Assembly: GCA_030141605.1 (NCBI GenBank)
Contig: JAQGDQ010000069.1
Coordinates: forward strand, 67,126-131,125
Length of the DNA stretch: 64,000 nt
Source of the DNA: Tubiluchus corallicola
Taxonomy: Eukaryota > Animalia > Priapulida
Direction: 5' to 3'
A model generated the notes under the pieces. The model was not told the origin of the DNA, made no database searches, and saw nothing but the letters and a program-made list of their open reading frames with translations. Positions 1 to 11,624 of this stretch are shown piece by piece. The position numbers were made by a program, and so were the translations under genes. Positions within the stretch are counted from its first letter, which is position 1. Every line of letters begins with the position of its first letter.

Positions 1-88
1 CGGCATGTTCCTGACCTCCACGTGGTGTCGCGCGGGCAACAGATGATGGACCCGAGGGTTATCAAATGATTCTGGCTGACTAGGAACA
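1..88 (+). ncRNA. HDV-like (CPEB3/HDV-fold) self-cleaving ribozyme at the 5' end of the LINE (about the first 3 nt of P1 lie outside the window)
   Basis: P1 5' remnant CGGC(1-4) pairs with P1' GTCGCGC(27-33); P2 TGTTCCTG(6-13)/TAGGAACA(81-88); P3 ACC(14-16)/GGT(24-26); L3 TCCACGT(17-23); P1.1 CC/GG(34-35); P4 ~41-73; J4/2 GGCTGAC(74-80) with the catalytic-position C76. Confidence 0.85.
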
Positions 89-602
89 CCCTGGCTGCTG
101 GGGAATGAACAAGGATGGGACGTGGTGGGAGAATTAGGAACTCAGGAACAAGCGAAAGCGAGAAGCCTGTTTTCTCCGAAGTCTTCCCCATTCCGTAATC
201 TGAGTCTGTCCTCCAAAGGCCACCGGCTGTCATGAACCTTGTCTCTAAAGGCGGGGGAGTGAAAGGAACCTATGACGGAATCTCATCGTGAAGGAGGGTA
301 CAGGTCTAAAACGCGCTCCGTGCCGCGGCCACGAGGTAGTTCTAGAGGGCCGCTCCTGGTCTAGCCACCTGGGAGGGCTGCCTCCGTCAACTCGTGAAAA
401 TCTCCTCGCACTCGTAGCTCCAGTTGGCGACTGGATAGGGGCCTGCGAGTGCGTTGGGGGGGGGGCATTCCCGAGGCCACCTTTCGTTGACAAGTCCGTC
501 AGTACTAGGTCTCTGATCTCTTCTGGTCGGAGGGGGCTGGTGAGTGCCAGTCGGCTCCTGTGTTGGAGTTTACCCGTTTTAAAAAACCACAAAACTAATG
601 AA

Positions 603-1954
603 ATGAACAAGAAAGAAAAATCGAGTCCAGCACGGCTCAATACCCTAACAAAATTAAAACCTGCTGGGAACAAGCCGGTGAAAGCCGGATCTTCCCGTCA
701 TCAAAATTTAAACGAAGCTGCAGGGAACAAGCCGGTGAAAGCCGGATCTTCCCATGAACCAGATTTGAAACCAGAACAGCCGAAAATTACGGAGTTCTTG
801 GAAGAAACGAAAACTGAGGACATGCAAGTCTCTGAAAAAGGGAATCAATGGACTACAAAGACCAGTAAAGGTTCGGCATCGTCAGAGTGTACTCTGAACA
901 CCGTACCTGCCCCAGAAGGAGTAGATACCCGGAATCCTGGTGCTCCAAATGAGCCCAGCAAGCCCGAGGAATCGAAACCGATGGGGAAAAATCATGAAAA
1001 AAACCGGCGGAAGAAGGAAAAGAGACGACTTCTGAAAGGTGTGTCGGCTATGTCAATCGCCAATCAGGAGGAGACTCCCACTCCTAACCCATCGGTGGTG
1101 AAAAAGAGAATGAGCAGCGCTCTCTCAACTCCAAGTCCGATCTCGAACCCCGGGGTGACTCCGGGCAAGCGGGGCGTAAGGGAGAGGAAGGTCAAAAGGG
1201 TGTAGGCACAGAAGGAAGCAGTAAGGCCTCATACGCCAATGCTGTGAAGTCCGGCGGCCAACACCTTAAAATTACAAAAAAGGACGCGGGAGAAGACCCT
1301 CTGGACGGCTCGGATTTACGGGCAATACAGTCGGGGATCAACCGTGTCCTTCTCAGAACGGATCCGGGGTCTCTTGTCCGCATTGAGAGGACCTACCTAC
1401 ATGAAGGTAAAGTCCATGTCGTGTGCAAGGACGAGAAAACCCTGGAGTGGGCAAAACAGCTTGTCCTGGACATTGAAAACCCATCTGTGGGCCACCCGGG
1501 GTACGAGGCGAGAGGACCGAAAGATCTTCCGCCAGCTAGGACCTTCGGGGTTTGGATTCCGGATGAGGATGACATTAAAATCGAGGATCTGCTGACGTTG
1601 GTGGACCGATGTAATTCGGAACTCCAACGGAAGCACATGGAGGTCCGCGGTGGGTCAAAAGGGGTCGGCGGAATGCTACACGTAGTAGCGGTCTGGGAAC
1701 CGTCCCTGTCAGGTCTGGAACGACTGGAGTTTGCTCCGTACGCCGGGTGCAAACGAGTCACGTTCCAGTCCAAAAAGAAAAAGAAAAACCAAGGGAAAGC
1801 CAAGGAACCGGAAACACCTGTTCAAACGGTGGATAAGGGTCCAGAAGTGAGTACCGAGGGTGGAAAAACCCCCGACGTTGCCACTGGAACAAAGGAGCTG
1901 CCGTCTGTCGAGCAATCGCAGATGAAGGCACCCGAGTCCAGTATGGAAACGTAA
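603..1954 (+). pseudogene. LINE ORF1 (gag-like; disordered basic N-terminal half plus DUF4780-like domain), split by a frameshift near 1170
   Basis: ATG at 603 (MNKKEKSS) in the 288..1205 frame; continues in the -1 frame with SYANAVK and GKVHVVCKDEKTLEWAK, motifs typical of LOA-type ORF1. Adding one G to the G-run at 1171-1174 restores TPGKRGRKGEEGQK. Confidence 0.75.
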
Positions 1955-1966
1955 ATACAGAAAAGT

Positions 1967-4900
1967 ATGGGAACAGGGGCTAAAGTAAAATCCCGGCCGC
2001 AGACAGTCTTCGGTGGAAATACCCACGGTAGATTGAATGTTATTTCCGGGGACAATTTGGATCAAATAGGTGAGAAGCCAGCACAAAGTGTCTCTGGTAT
2101 TGAGTGCTGGCAAATCAATCTTCACAAAAGCAAAGCTGCGAGTTACAACTTGCAGGATGTTGTAAAACACATACGTACCGGGTTAGTCTTTGTACAGGAA
2201 CCCTGGACGCACGGTGGGGAAGTTAGGGGTAAACTCCGAGGATGGGATCTGTTCCAGGGAAACCGGAATGGAGAAAGGCCTCGGGCGTGCATTTATGCCA
2301 CTCCTAACCTAAAATGCTTTTTACTTCCAGTGTTCTCGAATACAGACATTGTGGTGGTTAAAGCAAAAAATGTGTGCCGGGATGGAGATGAGTTCATTTT
2401 CGCCTCGGCATACATGGTGCATGATCAACCGGCTCCCCCTATGTTACTCAGGGAACTGATATCTTTCGGGGACGGCGATAAAACTCCAATTATTGTGGGG
2501 ACTGATGCTAATGCGCATCATACGTTATGGGGTTCCACCGATGTCAACGACAGGGGTGAGGAACTCTTGGAGTATTGTGCAAGCGCTAATCTTGAGTTCT
2601 GTTATGTTGGCCGTAAACCAACGTTCCGAACAAAAGCAAGAGAAGAGGTGCTAGACTTGACACTGAGGAATCTGCATGCAGGGGACATAGTATGCGATTG
2701 GTATGTCAGTGACGTGCTAGGTTGGTAAAGGTCCTCCGCCGAAATAAAGCAGCGCAGTTAAGCTGTGTGTATAAAGAAGACGGTAAATTAACCAGTTCAC
2801 CGGAGGAAACTTTAAACCGGCTCCTCGACACCCTATCACCAGGGAGTCGAGTAACGGAACCAGACACATCCACGGATTTGCCTGTTTGCGCGACCGTGGA
2901 TGAGGAATTCATCGCTTCCATTTGCTCGGAAGAACGAGTGAAAGCGGCACTGTTTGAATTCCAACCTTTCAAGGCTCCGGGACCGGATGGTATATATCCA
3001 GTCCTGTTGCAGAAAGGATGGAAATACATTAAAAAACACTACCTCATGCTTTTCCAGACATGTCTCAGGTATGGTTATGTACCGAGATCCTGGAAGGAAG
3101 GGAAAGGAGTATTTTTGCCGAAACCCGGAAAGAATAGCTATTTAGAAGTCAAGTCTTTCCGAATGATAACATTAACGTCATTTCAACTGAAATGGTTGGA
3201 GAGAATAGTCCTCTATCAATTGAATGAGGATACTGAATTACAAGCAAGACTATCCAATGTGCAGTATGACTTCCGTGCAGGCGTTTCCACGGAAACTGCT
3301 CTGCACGAGTATGTACAGCGTATTGAACGTAGTCTTGCTAAAAAGAAGCTCTCACTAGGTGTCTTTTTGGATATTGTTGGGGCATTCGATAACGTTTCTT
3401 TTAATAGCATATCCGCCGCATTGCTTGAACTTCAGGTATCGCCAGTTCTTTTCCGCTGGATTGAGAACATGGTAAGGTGCCGTACGGTCCAAGTAGAGCT
3501 GTGTGATGCCACGGTAAAGAGGGAAGTAGTAAAGGGAAACCCCCAAGGCGGAATACTGTTTCCCTTGCTATGGAACTGTGTATTGAACTCTCTGCTTAGG
3601 GAATTTGATGAAAATGGAATTTATGCACAAGCCTATGCCGACGACCTGGCAGTACTAATAGCTAGTGCGAACGTATCGACGATCAGAAGGAGGGCGCAAA
3701 ATGTAATTAACATTGCTGCTGAATGGTCCAGGAAAACTGAACTAGAATTCAGCAGTAGTAAGACCGAAGTAATCATGTTCACAAACAAGAGAAATCCAAA
3801 TATTGGGGATCTCTGGATGAATGGACAGAAGCTCCAACTCTCCAATGAAGCGAAACTGCTAGGGGTAACCCTAGACAGTAAACTGACTTGGAAGAGCCAT
3901 ATAACACGGGTCACCAACAAGGCGACGGCGGCACTTATGCAATGCAGACAAATTGTTGGTAAAACGTGGGGTATCCAACCGCGGGTCATGAAATGGATAT
4001 ACACGGCAATGGTGCGTCCTTTCATGACGTATGCGTGTGTGTCCTGGGTCAGCGGGTTGGAAAAAATGTACCTCAGGAAAATGCTCCAGAAAGTACAGAG
4101 ATTAGCATGCTTAATGATTTCTTCAGCGTTCCCAAGTACTCCTACCGGCGCATTGGAGATGTTGTTGAATATCACACCAATAGACGAGTTCATTCGGTCG
4201 GAGGCGGTCCGAGGGTCATACCGTATAGATACGGCGGGGCTCTGGACAGCGAAGACCGTGGGAACTTTTGGTAAGTCTAAAAGTCATATCGATGTGTGCA
4301 ATAGCTATAGGCGCGACCTCCAACTGTTGCATATGCCGGGTGATTTAAGAAAAAGAACACGCGTGTTCGAAAGAAATTTCGAATGCCAGATTCAGGAAAA
4401 AGAAATCGCTATCAAATCGGAAGGCGAAATGGATAGGAACTGTGTCAGGTGTTATACCGATGGTTCCAAACTGGGCGGAAGGATCGGTGCAGGTATACGT
4501 ATCGAGTATCCGACTGAGTCCAGAGTATTGGAGGAGTTCTTCTATCTTGGGAAATTGAGTACTGTTTTCCAGGCAGAAGTTTTCGCCATCTCACAAGCGG
4601 CGGAGATAATGTCTTCGGAAGGACTCCAGAATCAATCAATAGTCATCCTGTCAGACAGCCAGGCGGCTATTAAAGCTACTGAAAACAATACAGTAAAATC
4701 TATCTCGGTTTTACGTTGTGTTGAAAACTTGAACATACTTGGAAAAAGAAACCGAGTCTTGGTTACATGGATTCCTGGACACGAAGGAGTACATGGCAAC
4801 TAAGAGGCGGACAAACTTGCTAAAAAGGGATCTGAGCTCTCTCCGGAGGGACCAGAACCCTATCTGCCCGTCCCTTACGCTAGCTGTGTCTACGCGATTA

Positions 4901-5304
4901 AGGGATGGAGTCTAAAACGATGGGAAACGTCGTGGAATAATCGTGAGGACTGCAAGAGAACAAAGGAACATGTGGGCTGGGCCTCGGCCCGAGTCTGCAA
5001 TAGGCTCCTGAGTCTCAGTAGAACTCAACTCAACATGGTTATACAGGTCCTAACCGGACACTGTAATCTCCAAAAACATAAAAAAACCACTTGTCGAGCA
5101 CAATCCGCGATTTGCCCGAAATGTGGTCAGGAAGACGAAACACCGGACCATCACGTGGGACGATGCACCGCCTACCAGGGTGCTCGTATCAAATGTCTGG
5201 GAAATAAAAATACAACACTTAGAGCAGTTGTAGAGAACTTAAACCTGAAAAAACTAGCGGCGTATCTGAAGCAAGCTGGAAGGCTTGCCGAGTACGACCA
5301 ATAG
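1967..5304 (+). pseudogene. LINE ORF2: AP endonuclease - reverse transcriptase - RNase H - zinc finger, disrupted
   Basis: APE motifs QINLHKS, VQEPW, GTDANAHH, PTF, LDLTL; RT motifs KAPGPDG, FLDIVGAFD, PQGGIL, YADD, LGVTLDSKL; RNase H motifs YTDGSK, FQAEVFAI, SDSQAA, WIPGHEG..GN*EAD; finger CPKC..EDETPDHHVGRC. Internal deletion/frameshift at ~2714 and an in-frame TAA at 4801-4803. Confidence 0.92.
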
Positions 5305-5515
5305 ACATATAGCAGTGAATAATTGCAATGGGCCTGTCGAAGGCCTCAGCAAAGTGTCGGGGGGGTGGGATTCTACCATCCTATACAATCTCCCCGACAC
5401 CACTGCCCCCCTAATCTTAATCTTATATGAAATACCAAGGAATTTTATACAGTGTTTAAATTTTACACACTGATTGTAACATAATACATATTTTCACAAT
5501 AATAAGTGCACCAAC

Positions 5516-8500
5516 CTTCGACATGTGCAATTTTTTGGTCTTTATCAGCATCTAAAGAGACCACGTGCAGTTCGGAATCCTGCAATGCCCCCGACATGCT
5601 TTTATTGCAAGAATTTAACTGCGAACTGACTGTTTCCGCTTCTGAGATCGTAAATGTCTGACATTCTTGAATTAACTTCGAAAATATGTTTGCATGCTCA
5701 TCCGTATGACTTTCCAAAGCTTCCCGAGGAACAACTACACCAGTATTAGCATCATCAGTTTTCTTAACAACTTCTTGGCTATTTTCGTTATGAACACCAT
5801 CAAACACATTATGGTTTAAGATCACGTCTCGATTGACTTCCTTAATGCTTTTGGGTCCAACAGTATCTAAAGTATTTTTCACAACAGGATCCTCAAACTG
5901 ACTGGGTTGCTCATTTGATAAATTGAAGTTTGTTTCAACATTGGCAGTTTCAAGATCAACTGTTGGTCCGTTACCATCCTCGCTGTCTTGAGAAAAAGCC
6001 AGTTCTTCGTGTTCACTATCAAGAAACATTGTCGCTAAATCATTATCATCTTCGAACTCTTCTTCATTGTCTCTTCTGGAACCACGTTCTGCAAACAAAA
6101 CAAATTTCTCAGATGCACACAAAACAAAAACAGATAACTGACAAATCAGAGCTTGGGTAGCAACATGTCGCCTACCCTGTAGCGAGCCTCGTTGCACGGT
6201 GCTCTTTTGACTTTCGAAACAATGGGACGACATAGAGTTAGTGTGCCAAGTGTACTAATAGTTTGGGCAGTAAAGGAAAAACCTTAGTATTTTTTACTGG
6301 ATTCCATTGTGCGAACCGGCTGCATTGAAGTCAATGGATTGGCAGTTTATGTATGAATTCACAGGAGGTTTCCGAGGTTATTTTCTGATTTTTTTAATTT
6401 TATAGTTAAACTTGTTAGAATAATCACTCACTAAATGTGGACGTGGCTGGCCGTTCGATTTTCAAAAGATTCTGTGCAAAAACATAGCACAATAAAAGAA
6501 GCAACATTGTTTTCATTCTAACATTTAAATATAAAGACAGGTTTAACATTCTAAACTGTGATCATTTTTACACTGTTCTCACTTCAGTTTAGAACACTAG
6601 TATTTCAGCCTTTCAAGACATGAATTAACCCTCGCTGTAAAGACTGCTGCATGGAGGAATATGTTGTTATTGGCTTTAATTTTATGTTTACAATATTCAT
6701 GTTTGTGAATGGCGATCTCATTACAACAGAGCGTTGTGGTGTAATTCCCAAGGGGTGTACTGCTGAATGGGTATATGGATGCAGTTACAGTTGTGGCATC
6801 ACTGGACCTTTACGAACAATTACGCTTCTCGAATTTGCTGCATTAGCACCGTATCACCTCGAAAGCTTGACTATTTATAATTACCAGAGTGAAGAATTGC
6901 CAAGAAAGTTTCTAGAGAAGAAATTTGTGAATAATTTTATTGTCATCTCCAGCATGATAAGGAAATTAGATAAAGGAACATTAGCCATGAACGGGCTCAA
7001 GGAAGTTAGACTAGATCTAAACAAAAACTTATTTTTCGTGCACAAACGCGCATTCAGTTTACTGAGAGATTTGGAAACCATATACATAGCAAATGCACCA
7101 TACTTGAAGTTTTTACAACTGGATTTGTCAAAAAACTTAAAAATAAAGAAGATTTTCATCCAAACAACGGGATTGACAACTATGCCAATGCCAGTTCTAA
7201 CTAAAGAATTCGATACACCCAGGCCAAAAGATATAAAACTTATTCTCTTAAGTAAATATGGAATCATTATTCATTGTATATAACAAGGACTTGAAAATTA
7301 TAAAGTAATCATGGAATGAACAAACACTTTTATGCTTTTAAATTTATGTGAAAAAATTATATTAGGAAAAATTCTGTCCGAATCACTAGAACCAATTTGA
7401 TTATTTTAATCCATTCAATGTAAAAATATAAGTGTTATACTAAAGCGATTAACATATTAGACTCGTTTTGTATTTTCTGTAAATAGAGTTATACAACAAT
7501 ATCATCAAAAGAAGTATAAACCCGTCAAGGAAACTGGGTTCGATACTCCCGCTGGGGGGGGGGGGGCTTCATACTCCACACTGATCGTGGCTGTTCACAT
7601 CATAAACGTATAGGGAGGATGTGGAATCCCTCCAGTTTTTACAACATTGTGGATACATCCAAACATGGCTAGGCCACCTCTGCCAGTTCAGTGGCTCATC
7701 TTAGAAGGACATCCTTGATAATGACAATAAACATCTCTTGGGAGTAGGCTCTACTCATGGACTCTAGTTTGTAGTGCGTTGAATTACATAAAAATAGCCA
7801 AGTACTAATGACACAGTGTTGATGTTGATAGCGTCTCAAAAAATTATTCTCCTTGTCTGCATTGGTTTCTCTTTGCTTTTCAGATAACACGTTAGTTTGC
7901 AACTGTACGATGGTTTGGGTAAAATTTTTCAGCTGGAAAGAAAGTAGTGTTGATTGCGCCATTCCAAATAGAAGGGAACTTGTCAATCCAATTAGAAAAG
8001 AAGAGTTTGGCTGTCAACAGCCACTTGCTGGCATAGGAACTACCTGTTTTTACAACATTCTATTTATCTCTCTCGTAGTTGCTGTTACAGCATTTCTTAA
8101 TTTCAAGCTTTCAACTCGTGATTAATTAAAAAATTCTTCCTCGGTTCTTGCTTATTCCCACTACTCCTCCACCAATTCTGACTAATTATCTCACCATTAG
8201 TCGTGCTTACTTATAAGCCTTACAAAACAAAGAAAAAATGAAGTACTATTTTTAGGGCACCAATTAATCAGTGCTAAATGTTAGAATCCAGCAAGTATTT
8301 TTTAGTTCGCTATAACATTCACAGCTTGTTTTTCTACGTATTGGTGATTCATTAGTTCCAACATGAACCAATAGTTACAGTTATAATCAAAATATGTGTG
8401 CTTGCATAGCAAAATCGTCCATAAGTCAGCAGTTAGGCTTTTCTTGTAATCCCCATTTCATGAGGATCATTTTGATACCGAACTCTTCAGTCTACGTTAT

Positions 8501-11500
8501 TTCTAAGCTGAGATAATCCACGTTGAAGTTGAGGTGCACGCCATTCACCAAAAAACGTAATCTTGAGAAAATCGCTGTTAAAGTTCGCATTTAGTTTGTT
8601 TTTGTCACATTTCTACAAAAACACTTAGCAACCGCACAAATGTTGGCTACTATGGACCTTGCAAGAACACACTGAAGTTATGTTTGAATCCAATAGATGA
8701 CTCTTCTTAATGAAGATGTTGGCTTGGCAAGAGAAAAAACCCGAAGCAAAATAACTGTTTGCACGAGCTACTATCGGAGTTTGAAACTGAGTTTTTTTAC
8801 AATTGCATTACTAGTTTCTAAATAGAGGGTTATAAAAGTGGGTAGGGGTTATAAAATTAAATTTTTAGTAATTTTCTAGCATTTTTTTGATAATTTGATG
8901 CTAGAATATAAAATTCCAATATATTTAGCATTTGTTTTTATAAAAAATAAAAAAAATTGGCGTTCTACTTTGAAGCATCATAACGTAGTTTTAACTATGT
9001 CGACTTGCGGATGGCTTTGGCTTGCAAGCACATATATAATGTTTAGCTAATGATCACCAGCTTTTTTGAATATTTGGAACTCTTAATAAATTTGTTGTCA
9101 TCTACATTTATGTTGTACTTTGTCAAACTCATTTGAAGCTAAATAAAATGTCATTAGCTTTTGAAAAGAAAACAGCCCAAATGCCAATAACGTTTACCGA
9201 CAATATGATTTGTAATGGTAAAGTTAAAGCAAATTGCATTTGGAATGAAAATACATTAATCTAATCTAATCTAAATATTTTGATTCAAACTAATTTCAAC
9301 TATTCTGCTGTTAACACCTACAACTTTACAAGCTTCATCAATTAGTTTCTGGGTACCAACAACCTTCCTACCGGTTTTCACATTGGCCAAACACTCAAAA
9401 TTTCAATTGCTGAACTTTCAATACAAAAAGGAGGCACACTAATCCGCTACTACAAAACCAAACATAAAAATTAAACTATTGTAAATTTTTCGGTCACTTA
9501 AGCTACTCATAAATGCATTAGCAGTTATTCTATATTCTTAATGACGTATACAAATTATAATATCCTTGCTGATCTTGCTGGTCAAGTGTCGACAAAATTG
9601 CATTCTTTTTATATGATATTAAGTTTTATTAACAAAATTACAACTAATGTCAGCACATGGCTTACCTCTGGCAAGAGTAGCACCATCGAATGTAGATGAC
9701 GCCTCAGTAACTCCATCTGCATCTGATGAAACTTCTGCATCGGAGTCATCATCGAGTAAAGCTGACAACATGTCAAGGTCACATTCTTCATCTAAAAAAC
9801 ACAAATAAAATTCTTTCTTATGTTTTAGCCAATCAGTACAATAACTCATGAGGAGACAAGTTCTGTGAAAAACACCACAGATACAATTTTTTTTGTGGCT
9901 GACCTAAAATAAAACTACCGAGTTCATCATGGGCAGTAGCCATATAAATTCAAGCAAACTGTATCTGATCCATCAAAATAAGATAATGGATAGTACACTG
10001 CATACTTGCCTGCTGGCTTCATGTGACTCTAACTTGTTATTAAAATTGACAGACTTTCGTCTACACATAAGAAAGTGTAGAGTGCCCCGAAAAGAGCAGC
10101 TGATGAAATAGTTGAAGGAAGCAACTATTTGAAGAAAACAAAATATATGAAAACTAAATTTATTAGGAAGAAAGATAATGAAGAACTAGAAGGTAAATTA
10201 AGAAATGGAATAATTCAGAAGATAGACCGGTACAAATAATTAGGTGATTGGTTAAATGCAAAATGTAGCTATGAATTATTTCTTGAAAAAGAATAGAAAA
10301 GGCAAAATATGTGATAAAAGAAACAATGAAAATCGGAAATGAGCAAAATGTAGGTAATAAAATAACGAATGTAAGGTTACTTATGTTTGAAATAATGATA
10401 ATCCCATTAGTGTTGGACAATTGTGAAACATGGATGAATATAAAAAAATGAATGGGAGAGTCTGGAAAAATACAAAAAGAGATGCTGAGAAGAATTCTGA
10501 AGTACTCTATTCCATGCCATGTTAGCAGAAATAGGTTCGTGGCCTATGCAAAAACAGGTTGACTGTTTATTTTCCATTGATGATCTCAGTTTAGCTCAGA
10601 TGTAAACAGTTTAGCAAAACAAGTAGTAAGTGAACAAGAAAAAAATGATATAAAGATATATATATTCAAAAATAAGTGAGATCATAGATAAATATGGAAT
10701 AAAAGATGAGATCGAGCAAATAACAAATGGAGAAATTGAAAAATCAACATGAAAAAGGTAAATAAAAAAGCTACCAAGAAATATTACAAAAACCTAAAGA
10801 TAAAGAACAGAGAATGACAAAATTAAGATCTCTTTATTATGGGAAATATGAGAAACAACAATATATCACAGGGTGCGGTCTTGCAGATCTATATTGCAAA
10901 TATAATAGAAATTAAGTGAAATATGAAAGAAGTGAAATACAATTACAAAGGAAACAAATGGGGAGACTTATGTCCTAAGTGTAGGATTTAACAAGATACA
11001 ACAAAATGTGCATTATGTTGTGAAAAATTGGAAATAATAATAAAGAAGTATAATGCAGGCATAGATACTATTAAAACAACAGAAATAGATACTCTTTAAC
11101 AATTAGTAAGAGCATCTAGAAAAATTATGGAATCAAGAGAAAATATATAGCTCTTACAAGGAAATGTAATGAATGGGAAGGGTGATACTCATATGCACAA
11201 CTAGGAATGACCATACAATGACGTCAGAAGAAATTAATCTGCTCTTGCACACTTAGGTTGTGCTCATCTTGGAAAAGGGAAGAACCAGTGAATCGCTGAA
11301 CTACACAACAGAGACGATTATTACCAAACTTTTACCCTAAATACCATGCACCAGGCAGGGCAACAGAAGATACCACTTAACGTTTTTGGAATGACACAGC
11401 CGCTGAGTTGAACTCACGATCTCCCACATGGAAAGGGGATGCATGACCACTAGACTATAATGTATAAACCATTTGGTCAATTGTGACAAATCGAGTTATT

Positions 11501-11624
11501 TGCGTACGAAATATTTACGAATCAAAACAAATGTTACAGAATACAATAATACTACATAAGCCCACATTAAATGCTACGACCATAGTAAACAGTGAAAATG
11601 CGCACCACTTATTGTTTTTGCCAT
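5516..11624 (-). CDS. 5' part of a gene resembling MCM10 (DNA replication factor); exons 11606-11624 (tentative), 9666-9791, 5516-6088; continues beyond the left window edge
   Basis: Phase-1 consistent GT-AG exons give MAKTISDEECDLDMLSALLDDDSD...DNDLATMFLDSEHEE, resembling the recalled human MCM10 N-terminus (DNLSLLTALLEE...ENLATLFGDMED). The OB-fold/zinc-finger core is not in the window, so no symbol is assigned. Confidence 0.55.
6651..8125 (+). CDS. Secretory-pathway LRR protein, 280 aa (signal peptide, Cys N-cap, LRRs, LRRCT, C-terminal hydrophobic tail); exons 6651-7251 and 7884-8125
   Basis: Donor A|GTAAAT at 7252 and acceptor TTTTCAG| at 7883 are both phase 1 and join to give IKLILLNNTLVCNCTMVWV (LRRCT consensus). 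Hydrophobic N-terminus; C-terminus FYNILFISLVVAVTAFL. Confidence 0.8.
7520..7760 (+). mobile_element. tRNA-derived SINE (family A) in the LRR gene intron
   Basis: B-box-like GGGTTCGATACTC. Core GTTCAGTGGCTCATCTTAGAAGGACATCCTTGATAATGA is shared with the copy at ~17070-17112 and partly with ~25460. Confidence 0.6.
10130..11150 (+). mobile_element. Degenerate LINE 3' fragment (RT C-terminus plus Cys finger)
   Basis: Broken frames read KTKYM..YK*LGDWLN, IPLVLDNCETWMN, LEKIQKEMLRRIL and LCPKCRI*QDTT; many stops and frameshifts; A-rich sense strand. Confidence 0.65.
11333..11459 (-). mobile_element. tRNA-derived SINE (family B; core resembles the MetaSINE-type domain)
   Basis: Minus strand reads TAGTCTAGTGGTC (A box)...GAGTTCAACTC (B box)...GTCATTCCAAAAACGTTAAGTGGTATCTTCTGTTGCCCTGCCTGG. 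Related copy at ~47405-47525. Confidence 0.6.

Larger units (their letters stand above)
1..5426 (+). mobile_element. Non-LTR retrotransposon (LINE), LOA/R1-type with RNase H; near full-length, inactivated copy
   Basis: Structured 5'UTR, ORF1 (603-1954), ORF2 (1967-5304: APE endonuclease, RT with YADD, RNase H, CCHC-type finger), short structured 3'UTR and a TAATCT-TAATCT tail at ~5412-5426. Visibly GC-richer than the flanking host DNA. The 5' end is clipped by the window edge, so no TSD can be seen. Confidence 0.93.

Noticed and set aside
288-602. GTG-initiated N-terminal extension of LINE ORF1
   Set aside because: Eukaryotic context; the region looks like structured 5'UTR, and ATG 603 follows an A-rich leader.
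245-4639. Antisense and alternate-frame ORFs over the LINE (e.g. 245..673, 1393..1803, 1709..2170, 3633..4193)
   Set aside because: Shadow ORFs of a GC-richer coding region with no recognisable motifs.
6089-6233. Start of ORF 5463..6233 as a real N-terminus
   Set aside because: A strong pyrimidine-rich acceptor at 6089-6090 indicates this part is intron.
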